From: a virus
IMG/VR virus record: IMGVR_UViG_3300048599_000546
Location: 2,147-66,146 of that record
Length of the DNA stretch: 64,000 nt
Strand: one strand, 5' to 3'
A program made the position numbers and the translations under genes. The notes beneath the pieces are model-generated. The model did not search any database. It was not told where the DNA came from and saw only the letters and a list, made by a program, of their open reading frames with translations. This document shows, in pieces, positions 36,320 to 44,957 of this stretch (position 1 is the first letter of the stretch; each line of letters opens with the position of its first letter).

Positions 36320-37396
36320 ATGGGTCTGCCCTACACCCGCGACGTCGACTCGAGGTTCTCCGGCGACTGGTCGAAGTGGCAGCCACCGGTGTTCCCCCCG
36401 ATGCCGGCGCTCGCCGCGTGGGCCGGTCCGTGGAAGCGCGACATCACGAACGCGCCGGTCGACCACGAGCGCACCGAGCAGCTCGTCGACCTCGGCGGCA
36501 CCGTGACGTCGCCGGCGGCCGGCACACCGCCGGAGCCAGGCCCGAAGGGCGGCGCGAGCTGGGGCATGCCGTTCACCGAGGTCGACGTCGAGACCCGCCA
36601 ATGGGCGACCGTCTGGGACCTGTCGCGGCCGGTGGACTCGGTCCCTGGCCCGGGCTGGCTCGGCTGGCTGTTCCGCACGCTGATCTACCCGACCGTCGAC
36701 ATCCCGCTGCCGAAGGAACGGCTGCGCCGCGAGGGCGACCCGGTCGGCGCGGCGGACCTGCACGCGTACCTCTACGACGACCGGGCGATGGTGCTCTACG
36801 AGCTCCTGAAGCTCGACACGAACCTGGGCACCTGGTTCAACACGCACTTCGGCAAGGCACCGGCGACGGTCGGCTACTCCGGCTCCGGGCCCGGCATCGC
36901 GCGCTACGACCTCTCGAGGGCGTACCGCTTCGATCCGTCCAAGCCGAAGGACTCGAGCAACTCGCCCCACGGTGTCGTCGCCGCCGGCACGCCGCAGGCG
37001 CCGATGATGGTCCGCTTCGACGAGATCGAGGCCGGCCGCATCGATCACGCGATCTTCGCCGGCGCGGCCAACACGGCCCGTGGACACGTCGGTTGGGCCC
37101 GCGGTGGTGACGGCACCTCGGTGCACACCCCGATCTACACGGGCGACATCCTGCGCCTGCGTCCCGAGCTCGTCGACGAGTTCGACCCGACCAAGCCCGC
37201 CGGGATCGTCGCCGCAGCGATGGCCGCTCATGGCGTGTTCATCGGCGACAAGTCGACCACCAGCGATCCTCGAGGGAAGGGGATCGGCTGGACCCGCACG
37301 CAGGACCGGCGCTGGTGGGACCTCGAGAACGACGTCGACGTCGTCGACCTGGAGCTCGCCGTCACCGACTTCGAGCTGATCGTTCCGGCGCCGTGA
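36320..37396 (+). CDS. Uncharacterised 358-aa protein within the lysis cassette
   Basis: GVVAAGTP...VRFDEIEAGRIDHAI...GDILRL...HGVFIGD. Confidence 0.75.
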   Translation: MGLPYTRDVDSRFSGDWSKWQPPVFPPMPALAAWAGPWKRDITNAPVDHERTEQLVDLGGTVTSPAAGTPPEPGPKGGASWGMPFTEVDVETRQWATVWDLSRPVDSVPGPGWLGWLFRTLIYPTVDIPLPKERLRREGDPVGAADLHAYLYDDRAMVLYELLKLDTNLGTWFNTHFGKAPATVGYSGSGPGIARYDLSRAYRFDPSKPKDSSNSPHGVVAAGTPQAPMMVRFDEIEAGRIDHAIFAGAANTARGHVGWARGGDGTSVHTPIYTGDILRLRPELVDEFDPTKPAGIVAAAMAAHGVFIGDKSTTSDPRGKGIGWTRTQDRRWWDLENDVDVVDLELAVTDFELIVPAP

Positions 37397-37518
37397 TCCG
37401 GGCGCTGATCTGCGCCCTCCTCGGCCACCTCTACGTGACCTCGACACGGTTCGACGGTCACGCCACCGCGTGCCGCCGATGCGGCCGCTACCGCAACCAA
37501 CCCAGGAGGACCTCATGA
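37393..37518 (+). CDS. Small Cys/His protein (DUF1660-like)
   Basis: LICALLGH...CRRCG; coupled on both sides. Confidence 0.55.
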   Translation: MIRALICALLGHLYVTSTRFDGHATACRRCGRYRNQPRRTS

Positions 37519-37787
37519 CCGATTTCCCGAGCTCCGGCGCGGTCGGCGAACCCTCGCCGCCGGAGCCACCCGCTCCGGCGACCGACGCGCCCGGCCCGTG
37601 GCGCCGCGTGGTCCGCACCGTCAAGCAGGTCCTCGTAGCGGTCCCGACCGCGTGGCTCGCGCTCACCGCGTCCGGCGTCGACGTGTCGCCCCGGCTCAGC
37701 GCGCTGATCGCCGGCGTCGCCGGCGCCGCGCTGATCCTCGTCTCGGCCGCCCAGAACGGCTGGGACAACCGCCACGGCAACGGCTGA
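37515..37787 (+). CDS. Holin (two TM)
   Basis: SD AGGAGG; WRRVVRTVKQ followed by two hydrophobic helices, as in r1t-like holins. Confidence 0.7.
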   Translation: MTDFPSSGAVGEPSPPEPPAPATDAPGPWRRVVRTVKQVLVAVPTAWLALTASGVDVSPRLSALIAGVAGAALILVSAAQNGWDNRHGNG

Positions 37788-38047
37788 TGGGCGCTCCGCT
37801 GTTCGACCCGGTCACCGGGAAGCTCACCGACCCCGCAGCACTCCGCGCCGTCCAGATCACCGGACGAGTGAAGACCGCGCCCCGAGTGCGCATCGACCGA
37901 AAGGCCGACACCAAGACCGTGGAGACGTTCTCCGAGGTCTCCGGGCGACCCGACGGAACGCAGACCTACCACGGCTCAGGCCGCGTCGACTGCGTCGTGA
38001 CCCCCGAAACCGTGCGCATCCAGCGCACCACCACCAAGGAGACCTGA
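37787..38047 (+). CDS. Hypothetical phage protein
   Basis: TGATG-coupled on both sides. Confidence 0.6.
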   Translation: MGAPLFDPVTGKLTDPAALRAVQITGRVKTAPRVRIDRKADTKTVETFSEVSGRPDGTQTYHGSGRVDCVVTPETVRIQRTTTKET

Positions 38048-38481
38048 TGGCCTTCCCCGCAGACAACTGGTTCCGCAAGCTCATCGAAGACGCGCTCGAG
38101 AACACAGCGGCGATCGACCTGAACGCCGACACGATCAAGGCCGCGCTGTTCACCGACTCGATCACCGGCACGTTCAACTTCGACACGAACACCGGCTACG
38201 GCTCCGCGCCGTGGAACGCGAACGAGGTCGTGGGCGCCGGCTACACCACGGGCGGCGCGACGCTCGCGTCTCCGGGTGTCACGGTCGCTGGCGGCATCGT
38301 CACCTTCGACGCGGGCGACGCCTCGTGGACGACCGCGACGATCACCGCTCGCGGCTGCCTCGTCCAGGACACCACCGTCAGCATGGGCATCGTGGCGCTG
38401 AACTTCGGGTCCGACAAGGTGAGTTCCGCGGGCAACTTCACCGTCCAGTTCGCTGGTACCGGCATCCTCGCGTTCTCCTGA
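38047..38481 (+). CDS. Small structural (fibre-module) protein
   Basis: IDLNADTIKAALFT...NEVVGAGYTTGG...FDAGDASWT...GNFTVQF, a pattern I recall from phage fibre modules. Confidence 0.72.
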   Translation: MAFPADNWFRKLIEDALENTAAIDLNADTIKAALFTDSITGTFNFDTNTGYGSAPWNANEVVGAGYTTGGATLASPGVTVAGGIVTFDAGDASWTTATITARGCLVQDTTVSMGIVALNFGSDKVSSAGNFTVQFAGTGILAFS

Positions 38482-38495
38482 TCTGAGGGCTGGCT

Positions 38496-40811
38496 GTGGC
38501 GACCCTTCCCCTCACCTCGCCCGCGGGTAGCGACGACGCTGTCTCGCTGCTCAACGGCACGGGCTTCGACTCGGCCAACGGTGCGACGTGGTTGTGGATG
38601 GGTCGCCACACCTCGACCTCGCTCGCGACGTGCGCGGGCTACCGGTTCTTCGTCCCGTGGACCGTCGAGACGATCACCGCGGCGTCGTTCTCGTTCATGC
38701 CGAACAACACCGGCACGTGGTACGGGTCGATCGTCGCTGAGCGGTCCCCCGCCGCGGCGTGGGCCAACACGTCGACGGACCGTCCTCACGCCCGCTACGA
38801 CGCTGCGGTCACCGCTGGGGCGACGCCTGTGGTGTGGAACCAGACGACGTCGGTCGGCACCGGCACGCGCCGGTCGACGTCGGTCACCGCCGCAGATCTG
38901 CAGGCGGCGCTCGACGCGAACCCGAACCACGCCACCGACGGCACGTGGGTGTCGGTCATCTTCAAGGGCGACATCGGCGCCCAGGCCCAGATCCAGGCGT
39001 TCACCCGCGAGTCGGGCACGGCGGGGAACCGGCCGGAGTTAAGCCTCACCTACGACCAGCGGGTCGTGAACGTCACCGCGACGCCCTCGAAGGTGACGGT
39101 CAACGTGAACGTCGGTGAACCTGTCGCGCTCCGGCGTTTCGACGGCGTCTCCTACAACGTGTCCGGCCACGGCGACTCGGCGTGGCGCGAAGCGAACATC
39201 ATCGTGCCCGCCGACCCCACGGTGTCGGGCCGCACGATCATCGCTCTGGCGGGCGGCTACTTCATCAACGGCAGTCGAGGCCGCCTCCCCGGCGCGCTCA
39301 TCGAGTACTTCACGAAGCTCGGCTACACCATCATCGACCCGTCGTACAAACCGTCCGTCGCGAACCTGGTCATCAACGTCGAGCCGTCGTTTCCTGAGCC
39401 GCCCCAGGACATCAGGGTGCTGCGCGACTGGCTCGACACCAACGGCGCCAGCTACGGCATCGACACCAGCCAGATGGTGCTCGCCGGCCACTCCGCAGGC
39501 GGTCACGTCGCACTGTGGGCTGCACTCACCGACGGCGACACGACCGTCTACACCGGCTACCAGAACGTCGGGAACAACCGACGCAGCGCTGTTGGCCACA
39601 CCCGCCCCAGCTTCGATCTCGACGCCGGGTTCACCACCCAGACGCCGCTCAAGGGCGTGTTCGTCTGGGCCGCGCCGATCAGCATGTGGCTCACCTCCCA
39701 GATCGGTGGCGCCCAGGGCACTGCGAACACGGCGACACGCCGCACCTACATGGGCGAGGTCTTGGGCCAGACCATCGCCCAGTCGAACGACGAGCTCGAC
39801 CTCGACCGCTACATCGCCGGCACCAGCACCGTCTACGGCGCGACGACACACGAGCCGACGATCCCGATCGGGTTCGCCACCGGCCTGTCGGACACGACCG
39901 TCCCCAAGGTCGGAGCGATCGACGCGCTCGTCTCGGCGCTCAGCACTTCGGGGTTCACCTACGACATGCCGGCCGTCGGCACCGTCACCGCGACGGGCCT
40001 GACACAGTTCGAGTACGTCGCGGACCACGAGACGGTCATCACCGTGCCGGAGTCGCTGTACGTCCTCGAGGCGTGGCTCGAAGGCGTGATGGCCGAGGAG
40101 GTCATCGACGTCACCGTCGAACCGCCGACGGTCGACGTGACGGCCGCCGTGCAGCCGGTGTCGGTGGCGATCGGCGCGGTGGCCGAGCCGGCGACGGTGT
40201 CGGTCGATGCAGCAGCCCAGGCTGCCACGGCGATCGAGGGTTCGGGCGCGGTCGCCACAGTTGCGACGGTGTCGGTCGCTGCGGCTGCGCAGGCTGTCAC
40301 GGTCGACGCGGTGCGGAACGAGACGGCGACCGTCGCGACGGTGTCGGTCACTGCTGCGGCGCAGGCTGTCGTGGTCGAGTCGTCCGCGACGGCCACGGTG
40401 GCGACGGTCTCTGTCGACGCTGCGGCGCAGACGGTCACCGTGTCCACGGGTGTCGCGGTCACCGCCGAACCGGCGACCGTCACATCGGGCGTTGCGGTGC
40501 ACAGCCCGTCCGTCACTGGCGACGCCGTCGCCACCGTCGCGACCGTCGTGATCGACGTCGCTGAGCAGGCAGCTGATGCGGATGTTGGCACGAGTGTCGT
40601 CGCACAGGCGTTCACGGTTCATGCGTCGGTGGCCGTGCAGCCCGTGGTCGGGATCGAGGTTGGAACGAGCGTCACCGCTCAGGTCTCCACGGTCGCGGTC
40701 GGGGCCACCGCTGTCGGGGTGCTCGAGTCGATGCCGAGCTACTACGCCGAGAGGATCCGTTCCCGCACAGCGCGGCGACGGCTGACGACACGCAAGAGGT
40801 GGATGAGATGA
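38496..40811 (+). CDS. Putative fibre/spike with alpha/beta-hydrolase (esterase) domain and repetitive stalk
   Basis: GGYFING, GHSAGG nucleophile elbow, DTTVP and DHE candidate triad residues; C-terminal ATVATVSV.AAAQ repeats. Confidence 0.75.
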   Translation: MATLPLTSPAGSDDAVSLLNGTGFDSANGATWLWMGRHTSTSLATCAGYRFFVPWTVETITAASFSFMPNNTGTWYGSIVAERSPAAAWANTSTDRPHARYDAAVTAGATPVVWNQTTSVGTGTRRSTSVTAADLQAALDANPNHATDGTWVSVIFKGDIGAQAQIQAFTRESGTAGNRPELSLTYDQRVVNVTATPSKVTVNVNVGEPVALRRFDGVSYNVSGHGDSAWREANIIVPADPTVSGRTIIALAGGYFINGSRGRLPGALIEYFTKLGYTIIDPSYKPSVANLVINVEPSFPEPPQDIRVLRDWLDTNGASYGIDTSQMVLAGHSAGGHVALWAALTDGDTTVYTGYQNVGNNRRSAVGHTRPSFDLDAGFTTQTPLKGVFVWAAPISMWLTSQIGGAQGTANTATRRTYMGEVLGQTIAQSNDELDLDRYIAGTSTVYGATTHEPTIPIGFATGLSDTTVPKVGAIDALVSALSTSGFTYDMPAVGTVTATGLTQFEYVADHETVITVPESLYVLEAWLEGVMAEEVIDVTVEPPTVDVTAAVQPVSVAIGAVAEPATVSVDAAAQAATAIEGSGAVATVATVSVAAAAQAVTVDAVRNETATVATVSVTAAAQAVVVESSATATVATVSVDAAAQTVTVSTGVAVTAEPATVTSGVAVHSPSVTGDAVATVATVVIDVAEQAADADVGTSVVAQAFTVHASVAVQPVVGIEVGTSVTAQVSTVAVGATAVGVLESMPSYYAERIRSRTARRRLTTRKRWMR

Positions 40812-41137
40812 CCCAGGAGATCGGACCGCACCGAGTCGGTTCGACACCACGCCCGCTCGAGCTCGTCGTCACCGACCACGACGGCGAGATCGTGAACCTC
40901 GTCGAGTCGACCGTCTACTGCCGGTGGACGATCGCCGGCGAGAGCGGTGGCCTCGCCGCCGACGTCGTCGACGCATCGGCAGGGCTGATCCGGGTCACGT
41001 GGACCGCCGAGGTGTTCGCCGCCCCGGGCCTGCTCCGCGCGGTCATCTACTGGACCCAGGCCGGCGCCACCGAGGTGGCCGACGAGGTTGTGTGCCTCGT
41101 CGAGCAGCCACCCGTCGCGCTCGAGGTCAGCCCCTGA
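40808..41137 (+). CDS. BppU-N-like small structural protein
   Basis: LELVVTDHDGEIVNL...DASAGLIRVTW...PG pattern. Confidence 0.6.
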   Translation: MTQEIGPHRVGSTPRPLELVVTDHDGEIVNLVESTVYCRWTIAGESGGLAADVVDASAGLIRVTWTAEVFAAPGLLRAVIYWTQAGATEVADEVVCLVEQPPVALEVSP

Positions 41138-41175
41138 GAGGGGGAGCGCAGACCAGCTGCTTGGTCGCCCTGGTT

Positions 41176-41224
41176 AGCCCCCGTCACCGTGCGCTCCCGC
41201 GAGGGAGCCTCGGTGGCGGGGGCT
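41176..41224. terminator. Hairpin between convergent genes (bidirectional terminator)
   Basis: AGCCCCCGTCACCG/CGGTGGCGGGGGCT stem with an inner GCTCCC/GGGAGC stem. Confidence 0.7.
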
Positions 41225-41239
41225 TCTGCGCGTCCGGGG

Positions 41240-41800
41240 TCAGACGCGGAGGCCGCACAGGGCGTCGCGCGTCGAGGCGAGCGGGCCACCGTCGCCGGCG
41301 AGCACCTGGATATCACCGGCCCAGCCCGCCGCTTGGGCGTTGACGCACAGGCCCATGCTGGTCGGTCCTGCCTCGGCGTCTCGGGGGAGGGAGGTCTGCA
41401 CGACGAGGATGCCGGCGTTCTGCTCGATCGACGTCACGACATCCGCGCTGGACGCGTTGAGTGACTGGAAGAGCGCCTCGTCGAACGGTGCGGTCTCGGT
41501 CGGCGGACACTGGTACTGGCCCGGTGCCCAGGTGCCGCCCTCGACGCCGGCCAGGTCATCGATGGTGCCGGCCTTGACGCCGCCGGCGCACTCGATCCAC
41601 GCGGAGAGCACGAGCGTGCCGTCACGTTGGCACCCATCGGCGATGGCAGCGTCGACGGGATCGCCGGCGACCGGGCACGGCGGCAGCTCGCTGAGCGGTG
41701 TGCCGTCGATCGAGATCGTGGTGGTCGTCGACGCGTCGCCGCTGCTGCATCCCGCGGCCGCCAGTGCGAGCGCGGCCACGACGAGTTGAAGCTTGCGCAT
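41240..41800 (-). CDS. Prophage lipoprotein (moron)
   Basis: SD GGAGGGAGAGG; MRKLQLVVAALALAAAGC lipobox; several Cys; antisense to the late operon. Confidence 0.8.
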   Translation of the reverse strand: MRKLQLVVAALALAAAGCSSGDASTTTTISIDGTPLSELPPCPVAGDPVDAAIADGCQRDGTLVLSAWIECAGGVKAGTIDDLAGVEGGTWAPGQYQCPPTETAPFDEALFQSLNASSADVVTSIEQNAGILVVQTSLPRDAEAGPTSMGLCVNAQAAGWAGDIQVLAGDGGPLASTRDALCGLRV

Positions 41801-41846
41801 GAGGTTCCTCTCCCTCCGGTTCGGTTCGTGTCGCACGCTACCGAGG

Positions 41847-41869
41847 GCGTGCCATCCTTCGTGCCATCC
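41847..41869 (+). promoter_or_regulatory. Putative integrase arm-type sites (prophage, right)
   Basis: GCGTGCCATCCTTCGTGCCATCC; 22/23 identical to 507-529. Confidence 0.75.
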
Positions 41870-41957
41870 ACGGCGTTCCGGACACGTGGCGCGAGTCGCA
41901 TGTGACCCGGCGTTCACCGTCGTTGTGCGGCATCGGGCGTGGTCGGACCGATTCGGA

Positions 41958-42005
41958 CTGTCTTGTAAACAGCAGGTCAGGAGTTCGATTCTCCTCTCGG
42001 GCTCT
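41958..42005 (+). repeat. Shared att junction between prophage and second element (tRNA-Thr 3' half)
   Basis: Copy of the tRNA 3' half with an intact T-arm AGGAG-TTCGATT-CTCCT. Confidence 0.93.
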
Positions 42006-42085
42006 GTTCAGACCCGCCGAAACCCTTGGAGTTGCAGGGTTGTCGGCACGTGGTCAGGTTGGTGTTCAGACCTGACCGTCACCGT

Positions 42086-42118
42086 GTCTCACGGAATCTC
42101 ACCGACGTCTCACGAATC
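42086..42118 (+). promoter_or_regulatory. Putative arm-type sites of second integrase (left)
   Basis: GTCTCACGG / ATCTCACCG / GTCTCACGAATC; the same motif occurs at 60956-61020. Confidence 0.7.
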
Positions 42119-42140
42119 GGTGCGAGAACGGAGACAACGG

Positions 42141-43274
42141 ATGCAGGGCAGCAAGCGCAAGGGACGACGGCCGGGGACCTGGGAGCTGCGCGTCGACGCA
42201 GGTGAGGACCCGTTGACGCGCAAGCGTCAACAGAAGTCGGTGACCTTCCACGGCACCTCTCGCCAGGCCGACGTCGCGTTGGCCGAGCTGATCACCAAGT
42301 CGGCACGTGGTCAGGTGTCGGTCGGCCAGCGCACCGTCGCGCACGCGGTCGAGGCGGGGCTGCGCCAGGCCGAGCTCGAAGGGCTCGAGCCGACGACGCT
42401 GCGCAACTACCGGACCTCGGCCGAGTGCCACGTGCTGCCGGCGCTCGGCTCACGTCGGTTGTCGCATTTGAGCGCCGAGCATCTCGACCGCTTCTATGGC
42501 GCACTGGTCGAGGCCGGCTACTCGCGCTCGACGGTGCGGGGCTGCCACGTGCTGTTGTGCCGAGTGCTCGACCAAGCGAAGCGCTGGGGCTGGGTCGCGG
42601 TCAACGTCGGCCGCGACGCGCGACCTCCTCGGCAGCACACGTCAAACCCCAAGCCCGTGCCCATCGACGTGGCCAGGGCGATGATCGACGAGGCAGCGAA
42701 GGTGAACCCGACGCTCGCCACGCTGATCGTTCTCGCAGCCGACACCGGCGCCCGGCGAGGTGAGCTGTGCGCGTTGCGCTGGCGTCATGTCGACGTCGAG
42801 GCGGGCACGCTGCGGATCGAGGCGGCGATCGGCGAGACGAACGTCGTCTACGAGAAGGACACCAAGACTCACCAGCACCGCACGGTCACGCTGTCGTCGT
42901 TCGCGCTCGACTGGCTGCTCGACCACCGGGACCGACACGCCAAGTCCTGCGTGCTCTGCGGCATCGAGCTGAGCGACGACGCCTACGTGCTCGCGCCGGA
43001 GCCGGGCGGGCTGAAGCCGCTGCACCCGTCGAGCGCGACACGCGCGTTCAGCCGACTGCGCGACCGCATGGAGCTACCGACCTGGATCCACCTGCACGGC
43101 CTGCGCCACCTCCAGGTGACGCAGCTGCTCGACGCGGGCGTGCCGCTGCGCAGCGTCTCGGGCCGCGTCGGTCACCGCAACCCGTCGACCACCACGAACA
43201 TCTACGCACACTGGATCCAGGAGTCGGACGCGAGGTCGGCGGAAGTCGTCAACGGGCGGATTTGGTCTCCATGA
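42141..43274 (+). CDS. int: Tyrosine recombinase (IME integrase)
   Basis: TGARRGELCALRW, LHGLRH, VGH...TTNIYAH; clearly homologous to the prophage Int. Confidence 0.95.
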   Translation: MQGSKRKGRRPGTWELRVDAGEDPLTRKRQQKSVTFHGTSRQADVALAELITKSARGQVSVGQRTVAHAVEAGLRQAELEGLEPTTLRNYRTSAECHVLPALGSRRLSHLSAEHLDRFYGALVEAGYSRSTVRGCHVLLCRVLDQAKRWGWVAVNVGRDARPPRQHTSNPKPVPIDVARAMIDEAAKVNPTLATLIVLAADTGARRGELCALRWRHVDVEAGTLRIEAAIGETNVVYEKDTKTHQHRTVTLSSFALDWLLDHRDRHAKSCVLCGIELSDDAYVLAPEPGGLKPLHPSSATRAFSRLRDRMELPTWIHLHGLRHLQVTQLLDAGVPLRSVSGRVGHRNPSTTTNIYAHWIQESDARSAEVVNGRIWSP

Positions 43275-43493
43275 CCGGGCGCTGCGAATCTTCGCCGATC
43301 GAGCCGACGTGGAGGCCATCTCGCTGACCTCGTTCGCGACGCCGCAGGCACCTATGCCATGGGCATCGACGGTCCGTTCCGCCACGCCGTATCTCACTCC
43401 GACCGGCGTGTCGCGGACCTCCGGTTCGCCAGCTATTACGTCGATGAATCATCCACCGCTCGGATCACGAGCGCGACGTGCGATCATTAGCGG

Positions 43494-44615
43494 ATGACGA
43501 ACTGGTCTCTCGAGGCTGCTGCCGATGCGTTCTTCCACAAGTTCCCGAGCGAACCGCGAAACATCTATCACAAAGACCCGGACACGCTGCGGTCACGCAT
43601 GCCTGAAATCGCGGAGCAAATTCTTGCCCTGACCACTGACCACTCGAACGACTACTACTTGGACGCAACGGTTGAGGACATCATCGGTCTGTTGCCACCT
43701 GCGATCGCAACAGATGCCCAGGGGGTGTACGTCGCTCGGACGCCGGAGCTGCAGCCTAACGCCGAGGCAGAAGCATTGGCCGAAGACGCTCGACTTGCGT
43801 ATGTGTACCAAGGACTCGGCACCGCCTTGGCCTTCTACGCGTTCCTCCAGCGACGTGTATTTCACCTGCTCCAGTCACTCGACCGCACAACGGCGATGTC
43901 GATCGGCGACGTCCTATTTCTCGCCGAGGCAGAACTCCCGCAACTGGTCCAAGACCCCGACGTCGCGCTCGTTCTAGAGGCACGCAGGCGATGGCGGAGC
44001 GCAGAAGAAGTCGAGATCAACGACGAGCTCATCCAAGTTTTCGAACGACACGACGACCGGTCCCCGTCAGGCACCCAGGCCGTGAACGAGCTGCACGATC
44101 TCGGCGAGCACTTCGTCGTAGCCCACGAGATTGCACACCACCTTCTGGGCCATCTTCACCAGAAGCCATTCGCGTATCGATCCCATCCGGCGAAGCTTGC
44201 GCTGCAACAAGCACGGCAGCGAACGGGCGTGGCGCAGGACGGAGAAGCAAACTGGAACGAGTCACAGCTTCACGAGTTCGATGCGGATGCATTCGCGTTC
44301 CTCACGCTTTCCGGTGAGATCGCCGCACCTGACGGCTTCGACCGACGCCGCTGGTATGGCGCCCTGATGGGAGCCCTCCTTGCGCTTCCCGCCCTGGAGG
44401 ACCTTGCGTTCGCATCAGCAGCTGCGTCGGGAGACCTAGAACCGACTCGGCTGGTCGCGGACACGCACCCGCCGATCGGCGACCGAGTCGGCCAAATCGT
44501 CGACTTCGCCCAGCGCTTCCCGCCCCCGGGAGATGAGGCGTCCGACGCCGGTCATCCGGCGGGCATCGTCGCTCAGGCAGTCGTGTACTGGAAGTTGCTC
44601 ACCCTCACGCGGTAG
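43494..44615 (+). CDS. HEXXH zinc metallopeptidase, Lit/peptidase U49- or M48-like
   Basis: FVVAHEIAHHLLGH...HEFDADAFA...THPPIGDR motif series. Confidence 0.75.
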   Translation: MTNWSLEAAADAFFHKFPSEPRNIYHKDPDTLRSRMPEIAEQILALTTDHSNDYYLDATVEDIIGLLPPAIATDAQGVYVARTPELQPNAEAEALAEDARLAYVYQGLGTALAFYAFLQRRVFHLLQSLDRTTAMSIGDVLFLAEAELPQLVQDPDVALVLEARRRWRSAEEVEINDELIQVFERHDDRSPSGTQAVNELHDLGEHFVVAHEIAHHLLGHLHQKPFAYRSHPAKLALQQARQRTGVAQDGEANWNESQLHEFDADAFAFLTLSGEIAAPDGFDRRRWYGALMGALLALPALEDLAFASAAASGDLEPTRLVADTHPPIGDRVGQIVDFAQRFPPPGDEASDAGHPAGIVAQAVVYWKLLTLTR

Positions 44616-44957
44616 CCCCTGCGAGGGGTATGGCTTGGCACCCGCTAGGCGGCCGTGGCGTCCCGGCGTCCGGCCCTACACGTCGGTCATGAAGGGGTGC
44701 CCGACAACTCCCAATCCCGCGTCGGTGTCCGGCGGTGAAAGCTCTCCGCTCCTCGGCCGACGACAGCAGATCACTTCCACACCCCGAACCAGCCCGGGGC
44801 ATACAACTCGCCAGGTTCCGAGCCAACCCCCCAACACGCTCAGCTGATGCAGAGAATGAGGTGCGCCCGATGCGAGGACGCCCTGTTACTACAGTCCGCC
44901 ATGTGTCAGCTCGGCCGGCGCAGCGACGTCGACCGACCTTGAGAGCAGATGAGGCAC

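Larger units (their letters stand above)
435..42005 (+). mobile_element. Complete-looking temperate siphovirus prophage (~41.5 kb)
   Basis: Bounded by direct repeats of the tRNA 3' half (435-482 vs 41958-42005); ordered int-repressor-early-packaging-head-tail-lysis modules; tail tube and tape measure but no sheath. Confidence 0.95.

Noticed and set aside
40130-40720. Diversity-generating retroelement TR/VR repeats in the fibre gene
   Set aside because: The repeats are protein-level stalk repeats with no adenine-specific mismatch pattern, and no reverse transcriptase is seen in the window.
41958-42005. Second tRNA gene (also 61083-61126)
   Set aside because: Only the 3' half is present, with no 5' acceptor strand or D-arm; these are att duplications.
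43275-43493. Excisionase for the second element
   Set aside because: No convincing HTH ORF in this gap.
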